Notes: generated by a model not told the origin, from the sequence alone. A stretch of DNA of 17,257 nt from Candidatus Diapherotrites archaeon CG10_big_fil_rev_8_21_14_0_10_31_34 (GCA_002763225.1 PFAI01000047.1:26516-43772), one strand, 5' to 3'. Counted from the stretch's first letter, positions 1 to 11,926 are shown. A program made the numbers and translations.

Positions 1-19
1 AATTAATTAAGAGGATAAA

Positions 20-769
20 ATGGATTTATTTCAGGCAATAGTTTTAGGGCTTTTACAAGGAATAACTGAATGGCTTCCAATTAGTTCACAAGGAAATGTA
101 ATTATTGCAGGAATAAAATTGTTTGGATTGGAAGCAGAACAAGCTTTTTCTTACTCAGTTTTTCTTCATCTTGGAACAGTTCTTGCAGCATTAATTTATT
201 TCAGAAAAGACATAAAAGAAATAATTGAAATGAAAAACAAAAATCTAATGCAGTTTTTGATTATTGCAGTTCTTTCAACTGCAATAACTGCAATTCCTGT
301 TTATTTGCTGATAAAACAATTTGCAGTTAATTCAATGTATTTAACTCTGCTGATTGGATTAATGCTGATTGTAACTGGTTTTTTGCAGTGGAAAAAGAAA
401 AGTGAGAAAGAAGTAAAAGAAAATTCAAAAAATGCTTTTTTGCTTGGATTAGGGCAAGGGTTTTCAGTTATTCCTGGGGTAAGCAGGAGCGGAATAACAA
501 CAACCGTTTTATTGTTTGAAGGATTTACTCCTGAAAAAGCATTTAAACTGAGTTTTTTACTGTCAATCCCTTCAGTGTTGATAGCAGAAATAGGGTTTGG
601 AGTAATGGAAGGAATTAAATTTGAAATGAATTTATTGCTAAGTATTTTGATTGCATTTGTTGTCGGATTTTTCAGCATAAAGTATTTGATTGAGTTTTCA
701 AAAAAAGTGAATTTCAGCTATTTTTGCTTTATAATAGGAATCTTCTATATAATCATCTCTTTTTTGTGA
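20..769 (+). CDS. uppP: Undecaprenyl-diphosphate phosphatase (UppP/BacA family)
   Basis: Hydrophobic 249-aa protein with both family motifs, QGITEWLPISSxG and PGVSRSGITT, plus LHLGT and FLLSIP. GAGGA SD-like site upstream. Confidence 0.93.
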   Translation: MDLFQAIVLGLLQGITEWLPISSQGNVIIAGIKLFGLEAEQAFSYSVFLHLGTVLAALIYFRKDIKEIIEMKNKNLMQFLIIAVLSTAITAIPVYLLIKQFAVNSMYLTLLIGLMLIVTGFLQWKKKSEKEVKENSKNAFLLGLGQGFSVIPGVSRSGITTTVLLFEGFTPEKAFKLSFLLSIPSVLIAEIGFGVMEGIKFEMNLLLSILIAFVVGFFSIKYLIEFSKKVNFSYFCFIIGIFYIIISFL

Positions 770-818
770 AATTCACCCAGCACAGTGAAAAAATGAGTAT
801 TTAAGGATTTTGTCGCTT

Positions 819-834
819 TATTTATACATAAATA
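819..834 (+). promoter_or_regulatory. Putative TATA box (TTTATA, 821-826) within a perfect inverted repeat TATTTAT-AC-ATAAATA
   Basis: Intergenic, about 40 nt upstream of ATG 866, which is preceded by a GTGAT SD-like motif. The AT-rich background limits confidence. Confidence 0.35.
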
Positions 835-865
835 CGGGTTTAATTAGGCCTTAAAGTGATGTATT

Positions 866-1234
866 ATGCTGTTCTATGGGTTTTGGGCAAACCTGTTTTC
901 GCTTAACTTGCAGTGGTTTGTTGAATTAGCAATGGAAAATATTTTGTTTGTATTTATATTCATTGCAGGGACATTTGTTTACAACAAAATGAAATTTTCA
1001 TTAAAATTTTTTATAGTAATTATTATAAGTTATGTTTCTTATATTGAATTTTTTGATAAAATAGGAATAGTAATCTTGGCCTCAGCATTCTTGTTTGTTT
1101 ATTATTTAGGCGAAGTTGCTTTGCTGACTTTTACCGGAACAATTTCTTCAATTAAGGACAGAGTTCCCCTTATTTTAACTGTTTATTTTATTGTGATGAT
1201 AATATTGTACAATGTCAGCGTCTTTGGGCAGTGA
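866..1234 (+). CDS. Hypothetical integral membrane protein (about 4 TM segments)
   Basis: 122-aa, strongly hydrophobic ORF with GTGAT SD-like motif before the ATG. No recognisable family motif. Confidence 0.75.
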   Translation: MLFYGFWANLFSLNLQWFVELAMENILFVFIFIAGTFVYNKMKFSLKFFIVIIISYVSYIEFFDKIGIVILASAFLFVYYLGEVALLTFTGTISSIKDRVPLILTVYFIVMIILYNVSVFGQ

Positions 1235-1239
1235 TTGGA

Positions 1240-1419
1240 ATGATAAAAAAATCTTTGATTCAGGGGCTTTACCTTACAATAATTTTTTATATGGCTGTAA
1301 TTTCCTTAAAGCTGGCAGAAATAAGCTTTTTTGATTACTCTTTTCTTTTTACGCCACAGGGTTTTTTCCTGTTTTATGTTTTCATTGCAATAGGCACTTT
1401 GATGTTCATGAGAATATAA
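1240..1419 (+). CDS. Small hypothetical membrane protein (2 TM segments)
   Basis: Two hydrophobic stretches, closely coupled to the upstream ORF. ATG 1240 preferred over GTG 1231 because GTGAT at 1231 looks like its SD. Confidence 0.65.
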   Translation: MIKKSLIQGLYLTIIFYMAVISLKLAEISFFDYSFLFTPQGFFLFYVFIAIGTLMFMRI

Positions 1420-1428
1420 CAAGTTACC

Positions 1429-1436
1429 TTTATTAA
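1429..1436 (+). promoter_or_regulatory. Putative TATA box TTTATTAA for a likely leaderless transcript
   Basis: Ends about 24 nt upstream of ATG 1460, which has no obvious SD. Confidence 0.35.
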
Positions 1437-1459
1437 GCTGTTAAAACTAATTTTAATGG

Positions 1460-2386
1460 ATGAAAAAAATCGTTTTTGTTTTGGCTGTTTTGCTCTTGTT
1501 CAGTGGCTGCCTTGGATATTTTAGGACAGCAGAAAAAACAACTAAAATAGAAGTGCAGGAAGACAAAGTATTAACTGAAATAACTTATAAAGGAGAATTA
1601 ACAGAAAAAGGAAAACTGAGTGAAGACTGCGAAACAGAAATAAAAAACATGTTTCCTTCAGCAATTGCAGGTTTAGAAGCAAAAATTAATGACCCTAATA
1701 CGCCAGACAAAGAAGGAATAAAAGGGCAGATTGATTTGCTGAAAGAAATAAGCAATTCAGTTAGATGCCTGCTGAAAAAAGACACAGGAGAAATGACAAT
1801 AAAATTTGAAGTAGCAAGAGAAACTGCTAACAGATTAAGCAAGTTAATGCCAAAAGAAGGGTTTGTTTTAGGGGATGTAAACAAAGAATATTTTATTCTG
1901 AAAATGAGAACCAAAACAAAAGAATTTATTGCTTCAGAAATAACAAAAGAAAATTTAAAAATAAAAGCTGAAGGAGAAATAGTTGAAATTATCCCCCAGG
2001 GGTTTGAAGTTAAAGGAGGATTTATTAATTTCAATGACCTGAATAATCTTGACTCAAATTTTATTCAAGTGGATTTCAGAAAAGAAAAAGAACCCGAGTT
2101 TCCTTTTTTTTTGGTTGCAATAAGCTTTATCATTTTAACTGTAATAATTTTCATTGCTGTTGTCTGGAAAGAAAGAAAACCTGAAGAAATTTTTGTCAGG
2201 TCAGAAAAAGACATTCTGGATAAAATGAAACAGGTTTTAACAAATGGTTTGGGAACAACAGAAATCCAGATTCTTTCAATGGAAAAAACAGAACAAGGGT
2301 ATGAAATAACTGCAATGATTAAAACAAGAAAATATAATATTTTATTCAACAAAAAAATTGAATTAAAAGAATACATTAAAGTTTAA
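1460..2386 (+). CDS. Hypothetical lipoprotein-like membrane protein
   Basis: N-terminal MKK + hydrophobic + LFSGC lipobox-like signal, about 195-aa soluble domain, one TM helix (FFLVAISFIILTVIIFIAVVW), about 70-aa C-terminal domain. Confidence 0.8.
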   Translation: MKKIVFVLAVLLLFSGCLGYFRTAEKTTKIEVQEDKVLTEITYKGELTEKGKLSEDCETEIKNMFPSAIAGLEAKINDPNTPDKEGIKGQIDLLKEISNSVRCLLKKDTGEMTIKFEVARETANRLSKLMPKEGFVLGDVNKEYFILKMRTKTKEFIASEITKENLKIKAEGEIVEIIPQGFEVKGGFINFNDLNNLDSNFIQVDFRKEKEPEFPFFLVAISFIILTVIIFIAVVWKERKPEEIFVRSEKDILDKMKQVLTNGLGTTEIQILSMEKTEQGYEITAMIKTRKYNILFNKKIELKEYIKV

Positions 2387-2396
2387 AGTGAAAAAA

Positions 2397-3095
2397 ATGA
2401 CGGAAAAAAAGACTGAACAAAAAAAAGAAATAGAAAAAATGATTAATTTAATTGAAGAGAAAGCGCCTTTTTCAAAAAAAACTGTGCCAAAAACTCAGGA
2501 AAAAACAGAATTAAAACAAATAATTCCGGAGAAAAAACAAACAATTCCGGAAAAAGAAGTTCAGCCTCAAAACAAGAAAACAAACATAAAACAGATAATC
2601 CCTGTTAAAAAAGAAGTTAAAGCTAAAAAAGAAAAACAACCTTTGAATCTTTTAGAAAAAGAGTCATCAAAACAAACTTTTGAAAAAAGTTTGCAACTTA
2701 AACCAAAAGGTTTAAGTGCACAACAAAATCAAATTTTGTTTGTGAACAAAAAGTTTTTACCCGCCTTTTCTGAAAAGGCTGAGGCTGAACAAAAAACAGA
2801 AAAGAAAAAAGCAGTAAAAGAAAAAACTCTTGAACAAGAATTACAGGAAAGCAGTTTTCAGAAAACAAAGGGAATCTCACAGCAAAGAGGCGATGAAATA
2901 GAGAAAGCAATTGGGTTACTGGAAAAAGAAGATGACAGACTAAAAAAAGATGCTTTAACAGAAAAAGTAAACAAATTAGTTGAAGATACTGAAAGAGAAT
3001 TAGGAAAAATCCAGTTTACTGGAAAAGAAATTACTCCAAAAAAACCTGAAAAAAAAGGATTATTCTCATTCCTAAAAAAACCAAAAAAAGATTAA
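2397..3095 (+). CDS. Hypothetical Lys/Glu-rich, probably disordered/coiled-coil protein
   Basis: Long ORF directly after the previous gene. GTGA at 2388 is SD-like for ATG 2397 (GTG 2388 is the alternative start). Low complexity, ends KKGLFSFLKKPKKD. Confidence 0.75.
   Translation: MTEKKTEQKKEIEKMINLIEEKAPFSKKTVPKTQEKTELKQIIPEKKQTIPEKEVQPQNKKTNIKQIIPVKKEVKAKKEKQPLNLLEKESSKQTFEKSLQLKPKGLSAQQNQILFVNKKFLPAFSEKAEAEQKTEKKKAVKEKTLEQELQESSFQKTKGISQQRGDEIEKAIGLLEKEDDRLKKDALTEKVNKLVEDTERELGKIQFTGKEITPKKPEKKGLFSFLKKPKKD
2514..2555 (+). repeat. In-frame 21-nt tandem repeat (KQIIPEK / KQTIPEK), with a third degenerate copy KQIIPVK at 2589-2609
   Basis: AAACAAATAATTCCGGAGAAA versus AAACAAACAATTCCGGAAAAA, 19/21 identical. 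Confidence 0.75.
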
Positions 3096-3745
3096 GTTAA
3101 GTAAACAATATTATTGTCTTTTAATTTCAGTTTTTTTCTTAAATTGAATTCAGAAATTACTTCAGCTATATCCAAAGGATGATTAGTTCTTTCAGGGACA
3201 ATTATCGAACCTGAAACCAAATCATTAATTTTCACTTTAAATAATAAGGCTGGACCAAAAGATCTTTTTTCAGTTGAAAACCCTGAAATTAAAATTTTTT
3301 CTTTAGAAGAAAGAAATTCATTTAATTCTGATTCCTTAACTTTCAGGTTAAGTGTTCCCGCAAAAACTTTTTTCCCTAACTTTTCTTTGAATTGTTTTTG
3401 ATAGCCTGAAAGGTCGATATAATACTTTCCTTCCCCTAAACCCGAGAGAACTGTTCCGGAAAGTTTTTTTCTTTTTTTCTTTGAAGAAAAAATTTCATTT
3501 AATTCATTTTTTCTTTTTTTCAGTAATTCAATTCCTTTTTCAGTTAAAGAAAGAATGTTTCCATCAGCAAAAACTTTTCTTTCAATTAAATTTTTTTCCG
3601 CCAAAAAAGAAAGTTTTCTTGAAACAGACTGCTGGGAAATATTTAAATCTAAAGCTATTTGAGTAGTGGAAGTTTTAACTGAATCATTTAAACCGGCTTT
3701 TTTTGCAATAAACAATAATACAGGAAAATCTTTTTCTGAAACCAT
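3092..3745 (-). CDS. ribK: Winged-HTH + CTP-dependent riboflavin kinase (RbkR-like bifunctional regulator/kinase)
   Basis: N-terminal HTH (STTQIALDLNISQQSVSRKL...LIER...LTEKG) and archaeal RFK motifs GTVLSGLGEGKYY, GTLN, PERTNH..DIAEVIS..NLRKKLKLKD. ATG 3745 preferred over TTG 3754. Its stop overlaps the convergent gene's stop (TTAA). Confidence 0.92.
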   Translation of the reverse strand: MVSEKDFPVLLFIAKKAGLNDSVKTSTTQIALDLNISQQSVSRKLSFLAEKNLIERKVFADGNILSLTEKGIELLKKRKNELNEIFSSKKKRKKLSGTVLSGLGEGKYYIDLSGYQKQFKEKLGKKVFAGTLNLKVKESELNEFLSSKEKILISGFSTEKRSFGPALLFKVKINDLVSGSIIVPERTNHPLDIAEVISEFNLRKKLKLKDNNIVYLT

Positions 3746-3950
3746 TATATACAAAACAAAAAAAGTAATTAAAAGAATAATCTAAAAAACCCTAAAAAAA
3801 AGAAATCAAGCTTAAACATAATGGTTTAAAATGTTTTCTGACGCTAAATTGTAAGTTAATATTGTTTACCCATGGTTATGGCGTTTGATTTTAATTGAAT
3901 TAAATTGTCTATAAACCTTTTTAGTTAAAAAATTTCTCTCTGGAGTTGAT

Positions 3951-4196
3951 TTGTTGGTCAAAAAATTGCGTTCTATAATGAATCATTTTCTTGTACCTAT
4001 TCATGAAATTATTCCAGAAGAAAAAGAATTAGAAATAATAAATAAATTTGGCGGAAAAAAAGAAAAATTCCCCAACATTCTTTTAAGCGATCCGGTAATA
4101 GAAGAATTAGGCGCACAAAAAGGCAACTTAATTAAAATCACAAGAGAAAGTCCTACAGCCGGAAAATCAATTTATTACAGGGTCGTGGTCAAATGA
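3951..4196 (+). CDS. rpoH: RNA polymerase subunit H (Rpo5)
   Basis: HFLVPIHEI...FPNILLSDPV...GNLIKITRESPTAGKSIYYRVV. First gene of the RNAP cluster. TTG start (3951 or 3954) after GGAGTTGAT. Confidence 0.95.
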   Translation: MLVKKLRSIMNHFLVPIHEIIPEEKELEIINKFGGKKEKFPNILLSDPVIEELGAQKGNLIKITRESPTAGKSIYYRVVVK

Positions 4197-5659
4197 AGGG
4201 CTGGCCATTAATCAAAAGCTATTTTTCAACTAAAAATATTGCCCAGCAGGAAATTGATTCATACAATCAGTTTATTGATTCTAAATTAGATGAAATAGTA
4301 GAAGAAAACAAAACTATTGTTCCAAAAATAGAAGAAGTAAAAATCGAATTAGCTAATATTGAAGTATTAAAACCAAGAATAATTGAAGCTGATGGTTCTC
4401 CAAGGGCAAATTTTTTTCCAATGGAAGCAAGAACAAGAAATAGAACTTATTCAGGTCCTTTGTTTTTAACAATGAAACTACTGAGAAGAGACGTAGAACA
4501 AGATGAAAAAAGAGCTTATATTGGAGAAATGCCAATAATGCTTAAATCAAATCGCTGCTGGCTGGAAGGATTAAACAATGAAGAATTAATTAATGTGGGA
4601 GAAGACCCAATGGATTATGGAGCTTATTTCATAATCAATGGATCAGAAAAAGCTTTAATGACCCAAGAAGTATTGGCTTCAGACAGAGTATTAGTTTCAA
4701 AAACAGATGACAAAACAATTGCAGAAGTTATTTCAACTAAAGGGGCATTTAAAGGAAGAGTAAGAATTACAAGAAGCATTGACGGAGTATTATATGTAAC
4801 TTTTCCTTCTTCCCCAAGAAAACTAAGATTATTTGTATTGCTTAAAGCGCTTGGATTAGTAAGTGACAAAGAAATAACCGGAGCTTTTACAGAAGAAAAA
4901 GAAATGGTTAATGATATTTTACTTAACTTAGAGTTAGATGACTTAAATAAACAAAATGATGCATTAGATAAAATAGGAAAATATGTTGCTCCAGGACAAG
5001 TAGTAGAATACAGATTAAGAAGAGCAAAAGAAGTAATTGATGCATTTTTGCTTCCTCATATTGGGCAGAGAGCTGAAGATAGATTAGCTAAAGCATATTA
5101 TCTGGCTATGATGGCAACAAAAGCAGTTGAATTAAGTTATGGAATAAGAAACCCAGATGACAAAGACCATTACAAAAACAAAAGACTTGAATTAAGTGGA
5201 AAATTAATGGAACACTTATTCAGATATTCATTTAAATATTTTATTAAAGACTTAAAATTCCAAATCGACAGAACAGTTACAAGAAGAAGAAAACTAAATA
5301 TTTCAACTGTTGTAAGACCAGGAGCAATAAGTGAAAGAATCAGGTTTGCAATGTCAACAGGAAACTGGATTGGAAGAGCAACCGGAGTATCAAAATTCAT
5401 GGAAAGAGTGAACTTCATTGCCCCTTTAACTGATTTAAGAAAAGTTAAAAGTCCTTTAGATAAAAACAGAGAATTATATGAAGCAAGAGATGTTCATGGA
5501 ACTCATTGGGGAAGACTTGACCCAATTGAAACACCTGATGGACCTCAATGTGGTTTAGTAAAAAATTTAAGTTTATTATCAGAAGTAACAGTTGATTCAC
5601 TGGAAGAACCAGTTGAAACATTACTGGATTCAATGGGAGTAAAACTGAAAAAGTTGTAG
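4193..5659 (+). CDS. rpoB2: RNA polymerase subunit B'' (Rpo2 N-terminal part)
   Basis: PMEARTRNRTYSGP, GAYFIINGSEK, DDKDHYKNKRL, EARDVHGTHWGR..PIETPDG..CGLVKNL. Confidence 0.96.
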   Translation: MKGWPLIKSYFSTKNIAQQEIDSYNQFIDSKLDEIVEENKTIVPKIEEVKIELANIEVLKPRIIEADGSPRANFFPMEARTRNRTYSGPLFLTMKLLRRDVEQDEKRAYIGEMPIMLKSNRCWLEGLNNEELINVGEDPMDYGAYFIINGSEKALMTQEVLASDRVLVSKTDDKTIAEVISTKGAFKGRVRITRSIDGVLYVTFPSSPRKLRLFVLLKALGLVSDKEITGAFTEEKEMVNDILLNLELDDLNKQNDALDKIGKYVAPGQVVEYRLRRAKEVIDAFLLPHIGQRAEDRLAKAYYLAMMATKAVELSYGIRNPDDKDHYKNKRLELSGKLMEHLFRYSFKYFIKDLKFQIDRTVTRRRKLNISTVVRPGAISERIRFAMSTGNWIGRATGVSKFMERVNFIAPLTDLRKVKSPLDKNRELYEARDVHGTHWGRLDPIETPDGPQCGLVKNLSLLSEVTVDSLEEPVETLLDSMGVKLKKL

Positions 5660-5666
5660 TGATAAA

Positions 5667-7481
5667 ATGGCATCACAAGGAAAAGTTTATATCAATGGAA
5701 GACTGATTGGATTTCATAAAGATCCAAGACAATTAACCAGAGATTTAATTCAGCAAAGAAGAAAAGGAAAAATAGAATACCAGGTTAATATTGCATTCCA
5801 TGAAGACACTCAAGAAGTTTATATTAATACTGATGCAGGAAGAGTCCAAAGGCCTGTATTAGTGGTTGAAAACGGCAAACTAAAATTAAAAGAAGAACAG
5901 TTAAAGCAATTAAACGAAGGAAAAATTAACTGGGATAATTTAGTTAAAGACGGAGTAATAGAATATTTGGATGCAGAAGAAGAAGAAAACGCTTTAATTG
6001 CAACAGAAGAAGAAGAAATAACAAACAAGCACACTCACATGGAAATTGATCCAGTTGGAATTCTTTCAGTTGTAAGTTCCTTAATTCCTCACTTAGAACA
6101 CAATATGGCTGGAAAAGCATTGCATGGAGCAAAAATGTTCAAGCAGGCTTTAGGAATTTCAGGAATAAATTATAATTTAAGAACTGATACAGAAGGGCAT
6201 TTATTGCATTACCCTCAAAAAGCAATAGTTAAAACAAAAACTAGTGACTTAATGAACTTTGAAAAAAGACCTCAGGTTCAAAACTTTGTTGTGGCAATAA
6301 TGCCTTATTATGGATTTAATACATTAGATGCAGTAATGCTGAACAAAGGAGCAATAGACAGAGGTTTGGCAAGAAGCGCTTATTTTAGAACTTATGAAAC
6401 AGCCGAAACAAGATATCCAGGAGGACAAATCGACAAATTTGAAATTCCAAAAGAAGAAACTGTAGGTTTTCTTGGAGAAGAATTTTATAAAAAACTAGGC
6501 GAAGACGGTTTAGTTGAATTAGATGAATATGTTTCAGAAAAAGATGTAATAGCAGGCAAAACATCCCCGCCAAGATTTTTAGAAGAAGTATCAGAGTTTG
6601 GAGTAGTGCAGGAAAAAAGAAGAGAAAGTTCTATTACAGTAAGAAAAGGAAAACCAGGTTTTGTAGATAAAGTTTTTATTTGCGAAGACTCAGAAGGAAA
6701 CAAATTAGTGAAAATTAAAATCAGAAGCTTAATGATTCCTGAAGTAGGAGACAAATTTTCTTCAAAGCACGGGCAAAAAGGAGTAGTAGGCGGAATAGTT
6801 CCTGAAGAAGACATGCCTTTTAATGAACAAGGAATTAAACCAGACTTGATTTTAAATCCTCATTCAATTCCTTCAAGAATGACAATAGGGCACTTGCTTG
6901 AAATGCTTGGAGGAAAAGCCGGAAGCTTAAAAGGACAAGAAATGGATGGAACTCCTTTTAGCGCAATAACCCAAAAAGAAATGGGAAAAATGCTGGAAGA
7001 AACAGGATTCAGAGCAGACGGAAAAGAAGATTTTTTTGATGGATTAAGCGGAAAAAAACTTGAAGGACAAATTTTCACAGGAGTAGTTGCTTACAGAAGA
7101 TTATTCCATATGGTTGCACATAAAATGCAGTCAAGAAGCAGAGGACCAGTCCAAATCTTAACCAGACAGCCGACAGAAGGAAAAGAAAAAGAAGGAGGAT
7201 TAAGGTTTGGAGAAATGGAAGGAGAAACATTAGTTGGCCATGGAGCAGCAATGCTATTGCATGAAAAACTAATTGAAAACTCAGATAAATTAGTTGAATT
7301 AGTCTGCGAGAAATGCGGTTTAATTGCAATAAATGATCAAATCAGAAACAGGAGATATTGTCCGGTATGCAATTCAAGCGCGGTTTATCCGGTTGAAATG
7401 AGTTATGGATTCAAATTATTATTAGATGAATTAAAGACATTAGGAATAATGCCAAAATTATTGATTAAGGACAAGGTGTAA
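5667..7481 (+). CDS. rpoB1: RNA polymerase subunit B' (Rpo2 C-terminal part)
   Basis: EYLDAEEEEN, GDKFSSKHGQKG, NPHSIPSRMTIG, TRQPTEG, GGLRFGEME, C-terminal Zn ribbon CEKC...CPVC. Own SD-like GTGAT. Confidence 0.96.
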   Translation: MASQGKVYINGRLIGFHKDPRQLTRDLIQQRRKGKIEYQVNIAFHEDTQEVYINTDAGRVQRPVLVVENGKLKLKEEQLKQLNEGKINWDNLVKDGVIEYLDAEEEENALIATEEEEITNKHTHMEIDPVGILSVVSSLIPHLEHNMAGKALHGAKMFKQALGISGINYNLRTDTEGHLLHYPQKAIVKTKTSDLMNFEKRPQVQNFVVAIMPYYGFNTLDAVMLNKGAIDRGLARSAYFRTYETAETRYPGGQIDKFEIPKEETVGFLGEEFYKKLGEDGLVELDEYVSEKDVIAGKTSPPRFLEEVSEFGVVQEKRRESSITVRKGKPGFVDKVFICEDSEGNKLVKIKIRSLMIPEVGDKFSSKHGQKGVVGGIVPEEDMPFNEQGIKPDLILNPHSIPSRMTIGHLLEMLGGKAGSLKGQEMDGTPFSAITQKEMGKMLEETGFRADGKEDFFDGLSGKKLEGQIFTGVVAYRRLFHMVAHKMQSRSRGPVQILTRQPTEGKEKEGGLRFGEMEGETLVGHGAAMLLHEKLIENSDKLVELVCEKCGLIAINDQIRNRRYCPVCNSSAVYPVEMSYGFKLLLDELKTLGIMPKLLIKDKV

Positions 7482-7732
7482 ACATGAGTTTTAAAGAAAA
7501 ATTAAAGCCAAAAAAATTTAATGTAATTTTATTAATAACAGGATTTGTTTTAGCTGAAATAATATTAAACAGTATGATGATATGCGCTGATGCATGCCCT
7601 GACAACTTTTACTTTGAATTAGGAATTATCATTCCTTCAGCAATTACAGGAATAATATTTTATGTTATAGGAAGTTTTTTGGAAAAAATATTTTATAGAA
7701 TTATAAAGGCATTAGGAGAATAAGGTGTAAAA

Positions 7733-7735
<3 letters not shown>
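7473..7735 (+). repeat. Direct repeat AAGGTGTAAA(C/A)ATG at 7473-7486 and 7722-7735, flanking the inserted ORF
   Basis: 13/14 identical. Each copy contains an SD-like motif and a start codon. Confidence 0.6.
7484..7723 (+). CDS. Small hypothetical 2-TM membrane protein inserted between rpoB' and rpoA'
   Basis: 79-aa ORF fills the gap exactly and has an AAGGTG SD-like motif. Two hydrophobic helices flank an ICADACPD loop. Confidence 0.75.
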   Translation: MSFKEKLKPKKFNVILLITGFVLAEIILNSMMICADACPDNFYFELGIIIPSAITGIIFYVIGSFLEKIFYRIIKALGE

Positions 7736-11553
<3,818 letters not shown>

Positions 11554-11554
11554 T

Positions 11555-11926
11555 ATGGACGTAAATATTGAAATCAGAAGGGCAGTTGACACAGGAAAAG
11601 TAGATTTCGGAGAAAAACAAACCGAGAAAAACATTTTAAAAGGAAACGGAGAACTAATTATTATTAGTTCAAACGCAAAAAAACTTTTAAAAGAGCGTTT
11701 AGAGCATTATTCAAAATTAAGTGAAATTCCTTTCTATGAATTTCCTGGAACCTCAAACGAGTTAGGTTCAGTATGCGGAAAACCTTTTGCGGTTTCAGTG
11801 ATGACAGTATTAAACAAAGGAAAATCAAAAATAATTGAAATAAAAGACACAGAACAAACAACAAAAAAGAAAGTTACCAGAAAAAACCCAAAAAAAACAA
11901 CAAAAAAAACAGTGAAAGATAAATGA
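11555..11926 (+). CDS. rpl30e: 50S ribosomal protein L30e (eL30)
   Basis: IRRAVDTGKV.FG, ELGSVCGKPFAVS..TVLNKGKS. Canonical position after rpoA''. Confidence 0.95.
   Translation: MDVNIEIRRAVDTGKVDFGEKQTEKNILKGNGELIIISSNAKKLLKERLEHYSKLSEIPFYEFPGTSNELGSVCGKPFAVSVMTVLNKGKSKIIEIKDTEQTTKKKVTRKNPKKTTKKTVKDK

Noticed and set aside
5640..5670. Break between rpoB'' and rpoB' (and between rpoA' and rpoA'') as a frameshift or pseudogene
   Set aside because: These splits are normal in many archaea. Each part has its own SD-like motif and start.
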